DNA from: Octopus sinensis
Lineage: Eukaryota
Assembly (NCBI RefSeq): GCF_006345805.1
Contig: NC_042999.1
Location: forward strand, 158,658,001 to 158,722,000
Length of the DNA: 64,000 nt
Direction: 5' to 3'
The position numbers and the translations under genes were made by a program. Shown here one piece after another: positions 62,316 through 64,000 of this stretch (positions are counted from its first letter, which is position 1; each line of letters opens with the position of its first letter). The notes under the pieces were generated by a model, which made no database searches, had not been told where the DNA came from, and saw nothing but the letters and a program-made list of their open reading frames with translations.

Positions 62316-63515
62316 TGAAGCAACCATAATAACAATGCTTTCATTATTAGCTACCAAAGCTCACAACAACAATCGAAGGTATTACACATATTAATGTGGT
62401 TAAAACAGAAAATTTTGCGTGTAAATACAATATAAATAAAATCGATATGCTAACTACAAAATTTTTAAATAAGAAAAATTCCTCAATATAGAGAACTGAA
62501 ATAATCTTTCATGGAAATTCTTCGAAACCATGGTCATCCTAAGCACTAAGGTCTTCTGCCAGGACTCTTCCAATCTACACTTCAGAGCGGGTCTGTTCAT
62601 TTTCATCATACACACTGGTCTCGTCTGTCATATAACATCCTCATCCAAACCTCTAGTCTCGGTCGCCTGCCCTTCCTGTCCATAGAATAGAAGCAAGACA
62701 ATTTTTACAATGTATTGAGTTGATATCTGCATCCTTCATACTGTTTCATACGTTTCTGACATAATTTCCCAAGTCAGCAGTGTTCGGTTACGGGATGATG
62801 CGAGGGGGACAGATTCGTTGGCCGACTAGTACCTCCGGCAGGTCTGGTTGACGGTACCTCCATGTCTGTAGAATTTATTTCGAACCTGCAATGTCCCTTG
62901 ACCAGGGATTTCGCGAAATTATCTTCAGCCGAAAAGTCCTTCGGAGCAGAGCAGTTAGTTGTTTTCCATTGAGACCCGTATTTTCCCCGAGAAATTCGAT
63001 GTATTTACCCCTAAACCTCAAAGGAACTGTTGCTGAGATGGTTATGCGCACGTTAAGTTGCGTGTGAATCATATAATAACACCAAGCAAACATTTAATAG
63101 TAACATTTCACTGCACAAGTACTAATTAAGTTGATCATGGATTATAAATTTTCAACACAAGATCAATACAATTGAAAGAATAAGTCTGTATCATTCCTAA
63201 TTAATTGATTACAAAAGCTCTGTACTGAAGTTTGCACAGACAGGAGAAAGTATTCACAGTCGATTCCCTTCGGCCAGTTTAATCATCATAGCCAAGCTGA
63301 GCTGACAGTCGTAAATCGACTACTACAAACACGGGAGACCATGTGCAGCAAATACGCAGATTAACATGCAATGTGAAAATTAGCACTGCAAAATAGCATT
63401 GAAAGAAGAGTTCCAGAAGGATTTAGGTTTATCTATCCCGTGAAGTTTGGCTGCTGATTGACCAATAACTCATTGCTCACGTGAACAAACTGTTGTTATA
63501 TCATGAATTTCTCAA

Positions 63516-63735
63516 AGGCGGTGAGCTGGCAGAAACGTTAGCACGCCGGGCGAAATGCGTAGGCGTATTTCGTCTGCCGTTACGTTCCGAGTTCAAATTC
63601 CGCCGAGTTCGACTTTGCTTTCATCCTTTCGGCGTCGATAAATTAAGTACCAGTTACGCACTGGGGTCGATGTAATCGACTTAATCCGTTTGTCTGTCCT
63701 TGTTTGTTCTCTATGTTTAGCCCCTTGTGGGTAGT
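63516..63735 (+). mobile_element. SINE family 3
   Basis: GGCGGTGAGCTGGCAGAAACGTTAGCACG head and Meta-like domain. Confidence 0.85.
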
Positions 63736-64000
63736 AAACTTTATAATTCGAAACTCGATTTCCAGTCTTGGTACGGAACACACAGAACCTCGGGCTCTGC
63801 AAAAGCCAAACTAGCAATCTCTGATGAGTAGAGAGAGAGAGAGGGGGAAGAGAGAGGAGAGAGAAAGAAAGACAGAGAAAGATATATATATATATAGAGA
63901 GAGAGAGAGACGGAAAGAGAGAAATATTCAAGTTGATGGATATCAGTGTTAATGCTGTCTTTGTTGCCTTACTGATGCTCGAAGAGAAAGGAATATGAAA

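Overview
AT-rich, microsatellite-dense eukaryotic intergenic or intronic DNA made almost entirely of transposable-element material. The SINE families and repeat landscape suggest an octopus or other cephalopod (inference). No host protein-coding exon could be supported. Contents: three tRNA-derived SINE families, CR1-like LINE remnants, Tc1/mariner remnants and MITEs, two non-autonomous Helitrons, a gypsy-like LTR remnant, an AcademX-like transposase remnant, and many Penelope-like (PLE) fragments carrying type I hammerhead ribozyme motifs. Highlight 1 (34629-39360): two diverged ~2-2.3 kb retroelements that encode only an ORF1/Gag-like CCHC zinc-knuckle protein and no RT. They are inserted head-to-tail at the same site between the A and B boxes of a tRNA-derived SINE, with a 15-bp target duplication present three times and a shared structured 3' end. 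This looks like a SINE-targeting, ORF1-only retrotransposon family. Highlight 2 (30717-31984): an ORF-less PLE/retrozyme-like unit with two intact hammerheads in opposite orientations. Most repeat boundaries were read by eye and are approximate.
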